A DNA stretch of 64,000 nucleotides from Macrostomum hystrix (taxonomy: Eukaryota; Animalia; Platyhelminthes): positions 248,001 to 312,000 of the forward strand of contig CATNEN010000007.1 in NCBI GenBank assembly GCA_950097015.1, given 5' to 3'. The position numbers and the translations under genes are program-made. Below are positions 49,770-62,100 of this stretch, piece after piece. Below the pieces are notes generated by a model, which saw only the letters and a list, made by a program, of their open reading frames with translations, was not told the DNA's origin and did no database searches. The first letter of the stretch is position 1; every line of letters starts with the position of its first letter.

Positions 49770-50545
49770 GGGGTGAGATTCGTGGCTATCGTCGGGATGA
49801 GAGTCGTGGCTACCATGGGGGGTGAGATTCGTGGCTATCGTTGGGATGAGAGTCGTGGCTACCATGGGGGGTGAGATTCGTGGCTATCGTTGGGATGAGA
49901 GTCGTGGCTATCATGGGGGTGAGATTCGTGGCTATCGTTGGGGTGAGAGTCATGGCTATCATGGGGGTGAGATTCGTGGCTATCGTTGGGGTGAGATTCG
50001 TGGCTATCGTTGGGGTGAGAGTCGTGGCTATCATGGGGGTGAGATTCGTGGCTATCGTTGGGGTGAGAGTCGTGGCTATCATGGGGGTGAGATTCGTGGC
50101 TATCGTTGGGGTGAGAGTCGTGGCTATCATGGGGGTGAGATTCGTGGCTATCGTTGGGGTGAGAGTCGTGGCTATCATGGGGGTGAGATTCGTGGCTATC
50201 GTTGGGGTGAGAGTCATGGCTATCATGGGGGTGAGATTCGTGGCTATCGTTGGGGTGAGATTCGTGGCTATCGTTGGGGTGAGAGTCGTGGCTATCATGG
50301 GGGTGAGATTCGTGGCTATCATTGGGGTGAGAGTCGTGGCTATCATGGGGGTGAGATTCGTGGCTATCATTGGGGTGAGAGTCGTGGCTATAATGGGGGT
50401 GAGATTCGTGGCTATCATTGGGGTGAGAGTCGTGGCTATAATGGGGGTGAGATTCGTGGCTATCATTGGGGTGAGAGAGATTCGTGGCTATCATAGGGGT
50501 GAGATTCGTGGCTATCATGGGGTGAGATTCGTGGCTATCATGTGA
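49770..50545. repeat. 24/25-bp minisatellite with ~49-bp alternation, upstream of copy 2
   Basis: ggtgagattcgtggctatcgttgg alternates with ggtgagagtcgtggctatcatggg. Confidence 0.95.
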
Positions 50546-51029
50546 TGAGATTCTCGGCTAATAAGGGGTCAGTTTCGTGATTTCATTTTATTTAAATTTA
50601 ATATTTTGAAAACGATTAGTCTTTAACAAGCAGTAAACCTTACTTAAATAATAAACTTAAAAACGAGAAAATACACAAATACTGTATTTCTGCTTGCAAG
50701 CGTCAGTCAAGTGCTCTAGCGTATATACAATTTATTATCAACTTATTGAAATCTAACATCTAATGACGGTCGAGAGAAAAAAGAATCATCCGCAATGAGC
50801 TTAAGCAAAACACAGGTAACAAAAACAGATGGAGACAGCCGATATAAAAGTTAACAATAATATAAAAACTGGGTAACAGAATGACAACCAAAACCTAATA
50901 GAGTGATAGCGATTATATAAAAAAACTTGTCATGTTGTAGTGCTTAAATTTTATCGCTTGAAAATCCGCCTTTCTTAAAATTTGCTCAGTGCGGAAGATT
51001 AAGCAGGCCGCGTCAAATGTGATTGACAC

Positions 51030-51120
51030 CTGACATGCACATGCGCACCTCGGTGATATCCAGCAGAGTAAGCTTCAGCAGCACTAACAACACTGGCACT
51101 CGGCCACCGTTGCTAAGGGC
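51030..51120 (-). pseudogene. Degenerate fragment of the UBL/TerD exon
   Basis: gacatgcacatgcgcacctcggtga...ccgttgctaagg matches 40468-40552 with substitutions and indels. Confidence 0.7.
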
Positions 51121-51175
51121 CACCAATGAAAGATGCCAAGTGTCCTTGAAAATAAAAAAGCTGGGTGCACGTGCT

Positions 51176-51390
51176 CAAGCTGAGGACTGAGGGCAGCCGA
51201 GCTGAGGACTGAGGGGAGCCAAGCTGAGTACCGAGGGGAGCCAAGCTGAGTACCGAGGGGAGCCGAGCTGAGGACCGAGGGGAGCCAAGCTGAGGACTGA
51301 GGGGAGCCAAGCTGAGGACTGAGGGGAGCCAAGCTGAGGACTGAGGGGAGCCGAGCTGAGGACTGAGGGGAGCCAAGCTGAGGACTGAGG
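51176..51390. repeat. 22-bp minisatellite
   Basis: Unit aagctgaggactgaggggagcc, about 9-10 copies. Confidence 0.9.
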
Positions 51391-52034
51391 AGTGTCATTA
51401 GGAACTAGCAGCTCGACTGCTACAGTTTCGCCTAGCAGATTCGAGACAGAACCTTACAGTACAGAGGCAATCTTTAAGGAACGCGTGCAAGAGAACTAGT
51501 TTCAAATCATTAGGCAATAAACCACTTGCATATCAATCTTTAGGAGCCTTCTTCGGCCTTTAGTTAGCCAGTCAAATTGTTACTTCGCAATTCGCAGCAC
51601 CAGTACCTGCGAACCAAAGCTATTTATAGCTACTATTTATGTTTTAGTAGATGCATATATCAACGTACAATTTGTTATTAAGCATCTCAGTTCACATAGG
51701 AATTCGAGGATACAGAAATAGAAAATAGTGATCGCTAAGATTATTTTTATAAATTACTAATTCTATTACTTCCTCGTAACGTCACAAAAAGCATCCGCGG
51801 GATTTCCATCGGTTGGTGGTACCTTATGCAAATGCGCCGGCACAAGCCACAATTTCCTAATTTGTACAATTCACCAGCATTGGTGTGAGAACTCCTCGGC
51901 CTTTCCGGAGCTTAGCCGTGGAATTTATTGAAACTTTCTGGTCAAAAAGCCATGTCTGGAAATCTTATTTTCCTTAAGTCGCAGAGGAGTAACAAGAGTT
52001 CTTGAATCTTGCATTAAATATATAATTCACCAAG

Positions 52035-53160
52035 ATGTCAAGCCAGGCCAAGCTGAAAGTTCGTCTCACAGCTGACGACCAAGAAAATCAGCAGCTGAGG
52101 ATAGAGCTGGAGCCGATTCCGAGTCAAAGAGGATGCAAGCACTGTCTTGTCACATCCTTCTCGCGCAACAGGTGTCTGTTGACAACAACGGTCTGCACTG
52201 CGACCACTCTCTTGGTGGCAGCAGTTGTCCTACTGGCCACACTGCACCTGCACCCGAATCAGATGGGCAACGCATTGGCAGCTCATGAAACAGCTCCAAC
52301 CAGCATGCCGACGGTAAGCATTGAGCACAAATGAAATCAGTTGCTGACTTATTGCCAACTACATAGCAAAGTCCACATACGAGTAATAGTTACTGACAAT
52401 GTTTGCAAAAAAAATAGCTAAATTATAGACCTGGATGTGTGGCAAGGTACGAATAAGTTGGACATAAAAGGCGCAGTTAAGCACACGTTTGCGCTTTGTA
52501 TAGAAGAAGTTCCTTATAATATAGCCCTGAATGGTACACAGTAGTCTAAAAATATGCGCACGGCTGCACAATGGGACTGAAAGAACATGGTCTGTGCAAA
52601 CTGTCACCCGCCTGTATGTGTATTGTAGAGGCAGTACGGGATTGACATGGCTGCAGTGCCGTCATGCGCAGGTCATATAAAGTCCAACTGCCGCGAAAGT
52701 CCGACGGAGTACGTCACCAAGGGTGAGTAGAAAGAAATTGAAATCCTGCAAACAAAAACTCTCTTATGTTTAGTCTCGCATAGTTCGAGCTGCCAACCCC
52801 GCAGGCACCATGGCCCTGTCGCCGCTTCGCTGCATCGGGCCCGACTGCTCCGAGCCGTCGCCAATCAATCTCTCCTCGCCGGGCGGCAAAGTTCGCGTCG
52901 AGAAGTTCGGCACCTACCTGGTCACAGTCCAGGTCGCGGTGGACCAGCAGCCGGGTTCAGCAAAGTCAGTACCCATCAGCCTGATTGTGAATGGAAGTAC
53001 TGTAGTCAAATGCAAGGCATACTCGGACTGCTCGGCAACTCTAGTGCTTCGCCTGAGAGCCGGTGATTGGCTGTCAGTGGCCGTGCCCTTCCGTGGGCAG
53101 GTACGGATCAACGCCGTCACTAGCGCTACCGCTCTGCAGGTGACTCGAATCGGGGATTAA
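52035..53160 (+). CDS. Type II membrane TNF-superfamily-like ligand (249 aa, 3 exons)
   Basis: Exons 52035-52313, 52629-52722, 52784-53160; phases 0/1; 750 nt. Single TM TTVCTATTLLVAAVVLLATL near the N-terminus. C-terminal jelly-roll motifs GKVRVEKFGTYLVTVQV and LRLRAGDWLSV. A C1q-type fold cannot be excluded. Confidence 0.65.
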
Positions 53161-53296
53161 TCCAGCTGCGAACAATGACCGCTTCTCCTTATTCGATGAG
53201 TTAATTAAGCGCGAAGAAGTCATCATTTTCAGAACTTCTTAACGTTTCTGGGAGCGTTCAGCTCAGTGTCCGAGCTTCGGAGTTCTAATCGAGGTC

Positions 53297-53625
53297 GGGG
53301 GGAGGGGTGAGTGGCAGCTCATGCCACTCAGCGGTTAACGCGTTTGCCTCTCGCGCCTATGCCCCTGAGCTCGGTGATTCCGCGGTGAGGTCACATTCAT
53401 TTGGAGAGAAGGCTTGGGGGCTTGTCGTGCAATTTACGCCCTTATGAACCAACCTCCAATTCGCAGTGAAAGTGTACACTGCCTGACGATGAGAAAGTCA
53501 GGGTAGATGTACACACCTGCGTACGGTATGTGTGCGTGTGTGCACTTAGGAGTCAGCGCAATGGGTAGCGGGTCTGTCACCAAATGACGTGCTATTGTCC
53601 GCAGCCCTCCTGCATTTATTTTTAT
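53297..53625 (+). mobile_element. tRNA-derived SINE, copy 4 (degenerate)
   Basis: Same body with internal deletions; candidate TSD taa(t/c)cgaggtc at 53286-53296 and 53626-53636. Confidence 0.75.
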
Positions 53626-54329
53626 TAACCGAGGTCAGGAGTTCAAATCTCAGCTTAAGGGAAGAAATTCTGAAACTCCAGCAAGATACAAAACTCCAGA
53701 TTGCTTCAGTACACTGTACACTTAACAGTAAAATTGATAATGGCATCTAGTTGGGTGGGTGTTAACCCAGTCCACTAATGCGCCACTGGCAATAAATCAG
53801 GTCCAATTGCACTGAACGAAGCCTTTCTAGTTATATTGTTTAAAAACTTCCACCATTGGGCAATAATATTTGAGATATTTCCTTAGTCCCGAAAATGAAT
53901 TCATTCCTAAACGCTTGATCAAAATGCGAAAACATTCAGAACCTGGATTTATCGAGCGCCGAAAAGTCTAGTTAGTTTTTATAAAAGCGCGCAAGGAACT
54001 CTGTTGTTCCTTGTTCTATAACAATGCACTTTCATGCCAATTTAGCCTCTGTTTTCTAAGACAATCGAGAACAAAAAGTGGTATGTCTCTAGCGGCAATC
54101 CAAAGTATATTCTGTTCAACAAATGCATGTACTATTACTATAACATTTGGTTTACATATTCTAATCTGTTATTGAAATCATACCTTAATGTTGTTCTAAG
54201 CCACATACTCATGCTGTACTCGTATCTAGCCAAAGCAGCTATTTTCTACTCGCCAATAAACTAAGTATTCAGACATAAAATCTGAAAAGTGTTTGGTTTG
54301 CAATGACATTTTTTAAACTTAATTGGTTC

Positions 54330-54782
54330 CACTCACCACAGCTGGATGCGGAAGCAGGGATAGTCTCTGCCACCGTGAGTAGTCAAAGGTGAGCTGCTTA
54401 AGCTTAACCATTTTCACAGGCTAAGCCTGACACTCGGGTCGATCTTGACGCCCCCAGTCGTCCATTGGTTTTAAAAAGACTTGATGAAACCCTGAAAAGA
54501 AATATAGATAAAAAATATCTTTCTCCATTTACGACTCTTATCCTGCGACATAAAAGCCGCAGGCCTCTTCAAGCTTCCTTTTCTTCCCGAGATTTTTAAT
54601 TTCGATACATATAGGCTATTATTCAACCATAAGCTTACACGCAAGCAGACTAGCAGACGATGATGATGCTCGAACAGGTCTGAAACCAGATTGGACGAAT
54701 ACTCAGATCTCAGCTTCCTTCGGTAACACAGTTGATCAAGCGGATCAGAATGCCGCTCTGATGGACAGCAGTTAATGGTCAT
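54330..54782 (-). pseudogene. Third, degenerate RING-UBL-TerD paralog (first two exons)
   Basis: LDQLCYRRKLRSEYSSNL...FEHHHRLLVCLR|gt matches exon 1 with two Cys lost. KIDP...KLKQLTFDYSR matches exon 2 but is split by a frameshift or stop. Confidence 0.65.
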
Positions 54783-54879
54783 TAGTTCACAGCTAGTGGA
54801 AACACAGAAAGGATGAAAGTTTTTAAAAACTATTTTCTGGTCTGGATTACACCATGCCTAAGAAGATCCTAATCGTAAT

Positions 54880-55195
54880 ATCTGCAAGAGGGCTGCGGGC
54901 AAAGGCACATCATTTGGTGACACTAGACCCGCTACCAGAGAAGTGGCAATTCTGTCTATTCCGCTGACTACTGAGCACACAGATACCGTATGCAGGAACA
55001 TACTCACACGTTTGTACACATACCTGACTTTTCCTTTTCAGGTAGTGTATGTACAGTGCCTTGGAGGTTGGCCTTTAGAGTGAAAATTACAGGACAAGCC
55101 TTCTTTGCGCGGCTGCGCCCAAAAGGCTGGCCTCGCGGCGGAATCGAGCTCATGACCTTTGGTGCCATATTGGCAAACGCGTTAGCCGCCCTGCT
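54880..55195 (-). mobile_element. tRNA-derived SINE, copy 5 (old)
   Basis: Reverse-complement matches to ggcacatcattt, cagtgccttggaggttgg, gcggctgcgccc and ggaatcga. No clear TSD. Confidence 0.7.
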
Positions 55196-55436
55196 AATTA
55201 CTCACTCACTGATCCCCAAGCTTACTAAAGGGAAAAAATATCTAACCCTTATTAGGAAGACTGATCATGCATTTGGCAATAAGAAAATATATGAGAAAAC
55301 TTCAGAACACGAGAAAGACGATGAGATTTTAAAAGGCCCAGATGTTTACAAGACCCGGAGCCTTTCGGAACAGAGGCAAGAGAGACCCAACCAGAGAAAT
55401 GATACTAGATTGACTAGATAGAAGATTACGTATAAG

Positions 55437-57065
55437 GATAGACAGGAGAGACTATACAGAAGAGACTAGACAGGACAGATCAGACAGGAGAGACTAGACA
55501 GGAGAGATCAGACAGGAGAGATCAGACAAAATAGACTAGACAGAAGAGATCAGACAGAAGAGACTAGACAGGAGAGATCAGACAGGAGAGATCAGACAGG
55601 AGAGATCAGACAGAAGAGACTAGACAGGAGAGATCAGACAGAAGAGACTAGACAGGAGAGATCAGACAAAAGAGACTAGACAGGAGAGATCAGACAAAAG
55701 AGACTAGACAGGAGAGATCAGACAGAAGAGACTAGACAGGAGAGATCAGACAGAAGAGACTAGACAGGAGAGATCATACAGAAGAGACTAGACAGGAGAG
55801 ATCAGACAAAAGAGACTAGACAGGAGAGATCAGACAGGAGAGATCAGACAGAAGAGACTAGACAGGAGAGATCAGACAAAAGAGACTAGACAGGAGAGAT
55901 CAGACAAAAGAGACTAGACAGGAGAGATCGGACGGAAGAGACTAGACAGGAGAGATCAGACAGAAGAGACTAGACAGGAGAGATCAGACGGAAGAGACTA
56001 GACAGGAGAGATCAGACAGAAGAGACTAGACAGAAGAGATCAGACAGGAGAGATCAGACAGGAGAGATCAGACCAAATATACTAGACAGAAGAGATCAGA
56101 CAGGAGAGATCAGACAGAAGAGACTAGACAGGAGAGATCAGACAGGAGAGATCAGACAGGAGAGATCAGACAAAAGAGACTAGACAGGAGAGATCAGACA
56201 GAAGAGACTAGACAGGAGAGATCAGACAGGAGAGATCAGACAAAAGAGACTAGACAGGAGAGATCAGACAGGACAGATCAGACGGAAGAGACTAGACAGG
56301 AGAGATCAGACAGAAGAGACTAGACAGGAGAGATCAGACAGGAGAGATCAGACAGAAGAGACTAGACAGGAGAGATCAGACAAAAGAGACTAGACAGGAG
56401 AGATCAGACAAAAGAGACTAGACAGGAGAGATCGGACGGAAGAGACTAGACAGGAGAGATCAGACAGAAGAGACTAGACAGGAGAGATCAGACGGAAGAG
56501 ACTAGACAGGAGAGATCAGACAGAAGAGACTAGACAGAAGAGATCAGACAGGAGAGATCAGACAGGAGAGATCAGACCAAATATACTAGACAGAAGAGAT
56601 CAGACAGGAGAGATCAGACAGAAGAGACTAGACAGGAGAGATCAGACAGGAGAGATCAGACAGGAGAGATCAGACAAAAGAGACTAGACAGGAGAGATCA
56701 GACAGAAGAGACTAGACAGGAGAGATCAGACAGGAGAGATCAGACAAAAGAGACTAGACAGGAGAGATCAGACAGGACAGATCAGACGGAAGAGACTAGA
56801 CAGGAGAGATCAGACAGAAGAGACTAGACAGAAGAGACTAGACAGAAGAGACTAGACAAAAGAGACTAGACAGGAGAGATCAGACAGAAGAGACTAGACA
56901 GGAGAGATCAGACAGAAGAGACTAGACAGGAGAGATCAGACAAAAGAGACTAGACAGGAGAGATCAGACAGAAGAGACTAGACAGGAGAGATCAGACAGG
57001 AGAGATCAGACAGAAGAGACTAGACAGGAGAGATTAGACATGGGATTTCAGACAGGAGAGATCAG
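55437..57065. repeat. 14-bp purine-rich minisatellite
   Basis: agacaggagagatc and agacagaagagact units, often alternating. Confidence 0.95.
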
Positions 57066-59175
57066 ACAAGAAAGAGGCGAGTGACTAGACATGTGAGATG
57101 AGAAAGGGGAGAGATGAGGATAGGGAGAAATCAGACAGGAAAGAGATGAGACGGGATATATTAAACAGGGAAGATATGAGGCGGGATAGATGAGACAAAG
57201 AAGATATGAGTCAGGAAGAGACAAAGTGGTGAGAGATATCTGTATCGTGGGCCTGAGTTTGCTGAACCCTGTTGCTATTCAATTAAAAGCGCTTTCAAAA
57301 ACGATTCCTTAAAACAGCCTACAGACTAGAAAAGCAAAATAAGTAAGACAAAACAAAAAATGCTTTAAATTTTAGCTTTTATTAAAGATAACAAAACATG
57401 ACAACTAAGATTAATAGATCTCGAACATATTTTCCAGTTTGAAAGCTTTATTCAGAAACTTTTAATTAGAAGAGTGAGACAATTTGCTGTGCTTTTTAAG
57501 GACACAAAAATAATTTTCTGATTTAAATTAAAAATTTGGTTTACTGAATTTTCACTTTCAAAGCTGGACTGTTTCAATGGCGAGATAGGCGCGCTTGAGT
57601 AAAAATGTTTAATTAAGTGTATTTTTGCTGGGCTTGGAAAATAACTCTAAAGCTAAGAATGTCATTCTATTTATAGTTTAAGTAAATATTAGATGTAAGT
57701 GTGTAATATAAATAATCAATTAGTTAGTTATTAATTAGTTAATCATTTAACTATTAGTAGGTGCAACAGTGAAACTATTATAATTTCTGCATTTAGCCAG
57801 AATTTCTCCTATTACTTCCGTAACAGCTTTACAGCTTTCAAACGATATATCAACTATATAGGATTGTTCTGAGAAATATGGGGATGATGATAAAAGTACT
57901 ATAAGCCTTTAAATTAGGTTATAATTCTGGCCGATGCAGAGCTATGTCTAGCAGAACAGCACACATACATACGATGATAGTACAAATTATTATATATTAG
58001 CGCAAATGATTATTTTCAGACAAACAAAAAAATGAATAAAACAAAATAACTTGTGCTTACACCAGAATAGAGGCAATAAAAACAGGAGTAAATAATGGTG
58101 CGATTTTGTTTTCTTAATTGATAGGGGATATTAATTAAACAAGTAACAAGTAGTTAATAAAATAGGGTTTGTGCTTAATCAAGAAAAACAGCAACAGAGG
58201 CAGGCAGCGAGAATGCAGGTAGCTAAAAATTCATTTCGTTCCGTAGCATAAGTGCTTTAAAGTGCTCGAAAAATGACCTACAGTATCTTATCTAAAAGTA
58301 CCTGCCTTCATTGCATACCTGTGATGAAAAAAACTGCACAAGTCAAACAATTTGTGCTCAAAACACATTAGTTATAGTTATAGCTTACAGCTAACCGAGC
58401 CTCATTCAGCGGTAAACTTATCATCAGAGTCTGTTCATCAGCTTCTGGAACTTGCGCTGTCCTTTGGTCTTGTTTTGCTCCTGGCGATGTGGAGGGCAGG
58501 TAACATTATTGAATTTGCAGCTTCTGTTTTACACTGAGATGGAGTGATGACAGTTTATAAATCTGAGCGGATTCTAGGATTTGAACTGACTGATGGGGAT
58601 CAAAAGGATATTTTGCTCTGGACAATGAAGCGGTTTTGTTCGGACGGTACTGGGCGAACAAAAATTATACAGATTAATAGATTTAGAAGTCGCCTATGAG
58701 ATAAGATCCATATATTTTGTGCTTATCAAGTGCCATGACCATTAGAAGACGTTGGAGTCTGAGGCAATAGAACAAACTGCACTCAAAAGACAGACTTGAG
58801 TCTAAGTCTTGACAAACATTCTGCGAAAACAGTTGCTTAAGCACATTTTTTAAATGGCACAAATTCTTTAAATTATTAATAAATTAAATAGCGATTCCTC
58901 TGAACTGCACATTCTCAACCTCTGCAATTACCTGCAACTTCTTATCCGAAAATTTGACAACATGCCAGGTATTTCATTCTCACTCTCAGAATTTAAAGGA
59001 ATGTGCAGTTAAGGTGAAGTGAAGCCCCTGGAAAATGCGCTAATCAAATAGTCCTCTAGGCATTCCAGTATTTGTATTTCGAAGCAGTTTTGCCAACCTG
59101 ATTCTAAGGCTGTCAATCGTCTGAGGTGTAATAGTGTGTCCTAATTAAAATTCCGATATAGTTTTTAAGCAAGAA

Positions 59176-62100
59176 TCAGACCTTGAAAGATCGTCGGCTT
59201 GCAAAAACTGAAATTAAACCAGAGGGCAAAAATGGGTCCTTTAAACTCACGCTTTTGTACAGGCAGTGGGTCAACGGGAAGAGCAGCTCCACAGCCGGCT
59301 TGTCCAGTACCGGGTCGCTGCGCACCCGAATAGGAGATGCACCCACCGGCAATAGCGAGGCGTCGCCCAGAAGATCCGCCATGGTAAGGCCGCACTGAGC
59401 GCTGTCGGCCATCAGCAGCCGAACGCAGGCACTCTTCAGCATGGCCAGCAGTGTCGGCTTGTCTCCCTCAGGCACGGAGTTCGTCAGCCGCTCAGCCGTC
59501 TCCTCGTGACCTCCAAAGCGTCTCTGCAGGTCCGTGCAGACGACACTGAACTGTTCCTGCTCAGATGCCTCGAGCAGAGCCGGCACCTTCGACAGGGCGA
59601 GGCCGCCAGCGCCCTCCGCCTCCGCTTCAGCCAGGGCGGCGCCACCGGCAAGCGATCCGGCATGCTGCCGCAGGAAGTCGGCCACGGTGCAGCCTCCGTC
59701 TGGAACGCCAAGTCGATGACAGAAACCCAGCAGAGTGCGGCATAGAGACGAAATACGGGCAGCACGAGTCGAGTCCTCTTTCTGGCGTCTTTGAAAAGCC
59801 GCAAGCTCCGCCTCGGACAGCCGCTCGCACTGACACATCTGCTTGAAGACTGAAACCAGAGTGCCGAGGTCGCGTTCAGTCGCGCCTGTCAGACGACCCT
59901 CCCATGGCTCCACACAGCCGAATCCCTTGCCGGCAAGCAGACGCTTGGCCAGTGTGGCCTCCAACAGCTCCCAGTGCACACTGGGGTCGCCTCCACCAGG
60001 ACAGCTGGCAAGGACTCGAACAAGCTCGTCCAGCTCCTCCATCGAGCAGCTCGGAACACTATCTGGTCGAGAAACGACATCACATAGAGGCAGTACACAC
60101 GAATTATCATCGAACAGCAGCTCAGGCAGCCGCTTTTCTTCAATGCACAACACAGCTACATGCTCCAAAAATTCGTTTACACCGGCCACAGATTCTCTTA
60201 GAGCCTTAGTTACTTCCGCTCTTTCGGTCAGCAGACTGTTCAGCAGTGATCGAGTTCTATCGAATGGGTTGTCAGCTCCAGAAACTCCTGTGGGTCTCAG
60301 GGCTCTCCAAGCGACAGAAGCCGAGTCCAGAATATCAGAGCCTCGAAACCGCCTCAAGAAGTCGTCGATTCGCATCGCTTCAAGCTCCTCTTGGGTCAAA
60401 GAATTCTCTGACTTTCGAAGAACCATCTGGTGCCAGAGAACCAGCTTTGATGCATGCTGCATTCGCACAAGCTTGTCAGAAAATCTTAGGATCAAATGCA
60501 TCATCGAATGACGCTCGCCTTCTGCTAAGTGACAGTCAAACAGCATACACGCGTCACTGAATGAGACTAGGCGCTTCGGGAAGAAAAGCGGGTTCGTAGC
60601 GATCGCCTTTACATCCTCTTTTGTTCTGTTGGATGGAACCAGCTCATTTGGCAGCTGGTCATCTGACAGATCAACGTTATCGACAAGACATGCAAGAGCA
60701 AAGTTCTCCACCACCCCCCGCTCACTTAATCGACGGCGTTTAAATTCACGAATGCTTTGCATTGACTTCAGCACATGTTTACCAACAAAGAAAGCCAAAT
60801 TTTCATACGGGTCGGAGCTATCTGATTGTTGTTTGCAAAAGAATAGCTCATCCTTGTTCTCTAGAATCGAATGCAGCAACCAGGTTGTTTCTTCACAGGA
60901 CAGATGGAGAGTACATTGTAGTACCCTAAACTTTTCGTCAATCTTCAGATCGTAATGAGCGGCAGTAGTAGAGTTTAAACGTTTTATGTCGATCAGTACA
61001 GCTTTCATTAATACACAGATAAATTCGGATACTAGTGGCACAGCTTCTGTCAAAAATTCTTCAGAAAACTCAACCATCTTTGAAGACAAATCTTGAGTCC
61101 AGTCGGAATGGCAAAACTGACAGGGATAGCTTGCATTCGGATCGTCAACGTTTTCTGAGCAAATAGTCACATTATAACACGAACACACACGAACCTGAAT
61201 CGCAATCTGTTGACTGTCTTTGCGGCGCGAAAAAACGATTTTGGATATCTCACGTCCATCAGAAATTTGAATATTAGATAATGTTTGCAATAGACCTCCT
61301 GCCTGCAAATCGGTTGACAGGCACACAAAAAGACCTGCGTAATACAGGGTTGCTAAGCAAACACCTTCGATGTTACACTGGGCCGTGAGATTGAAACAGT
61401 TAAAAATGCTCTCTTTTTCTCCACAAATTAGTCGGATGATGGCAGAACTACATGTGGAAGCTGGCACAATGTCGGCAAGGCTCAAAACCTCACGTGTCAC
61501 TTGCTTTTCTTGCACTTTGAAGTTGCTGATTGATTTTCTTAGCACAACCATCTCGACATAGGCGCTAATGCAATCAGATTGAAAACTTCGAAAGGCAGCA
61601 TCGTCTCCAACTAAGCTTTTTAACTGTTGCTTTAATTTTCCGAATTCATTAAAGTCCTTAATAATCATTGCCTGCTGATACGCAAACAAAGCTTGCTTAA
61701 ATACGGCTGGATCCTGACAAACAGCGAATGGATATCGAAGAGAATAAGCAGCAATAAAATCTGAGCCTCGACCAAGCTTCAGAAAATCTTCTCTGAAAAG
61801 GCTGCTGACAACTGAGGTGACACGATCGAACTTCAGGAATGTCTCGATCTCAGCTAAAGAGTAGCGACGCCTCAGAAATCTTAAGAAAGATAACCAGAGA
61901 GGATGTACAACATTAGTCTGAATCAGCTTGTTGACTTTTGCGAGCATATCATCTCTGTGCTCACCGAAGCACAATAAGTCGTTATGAGAAACCGTGGAGG
62001 TCTTGACTGAAGCATCAAAGTAAGCCAGAATATCGGACACATCAACCATTTCAGATAACCCGATAGCTAAAGATTTGTTTAACAGAGAACGGATATTCTC

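Noticed and set aside
47038-51398. Repeat ORFs at 47038-47523, 49810-50545 and 51084-51398
   Set aside because: All derive from 21-25-bp tandem arrays.
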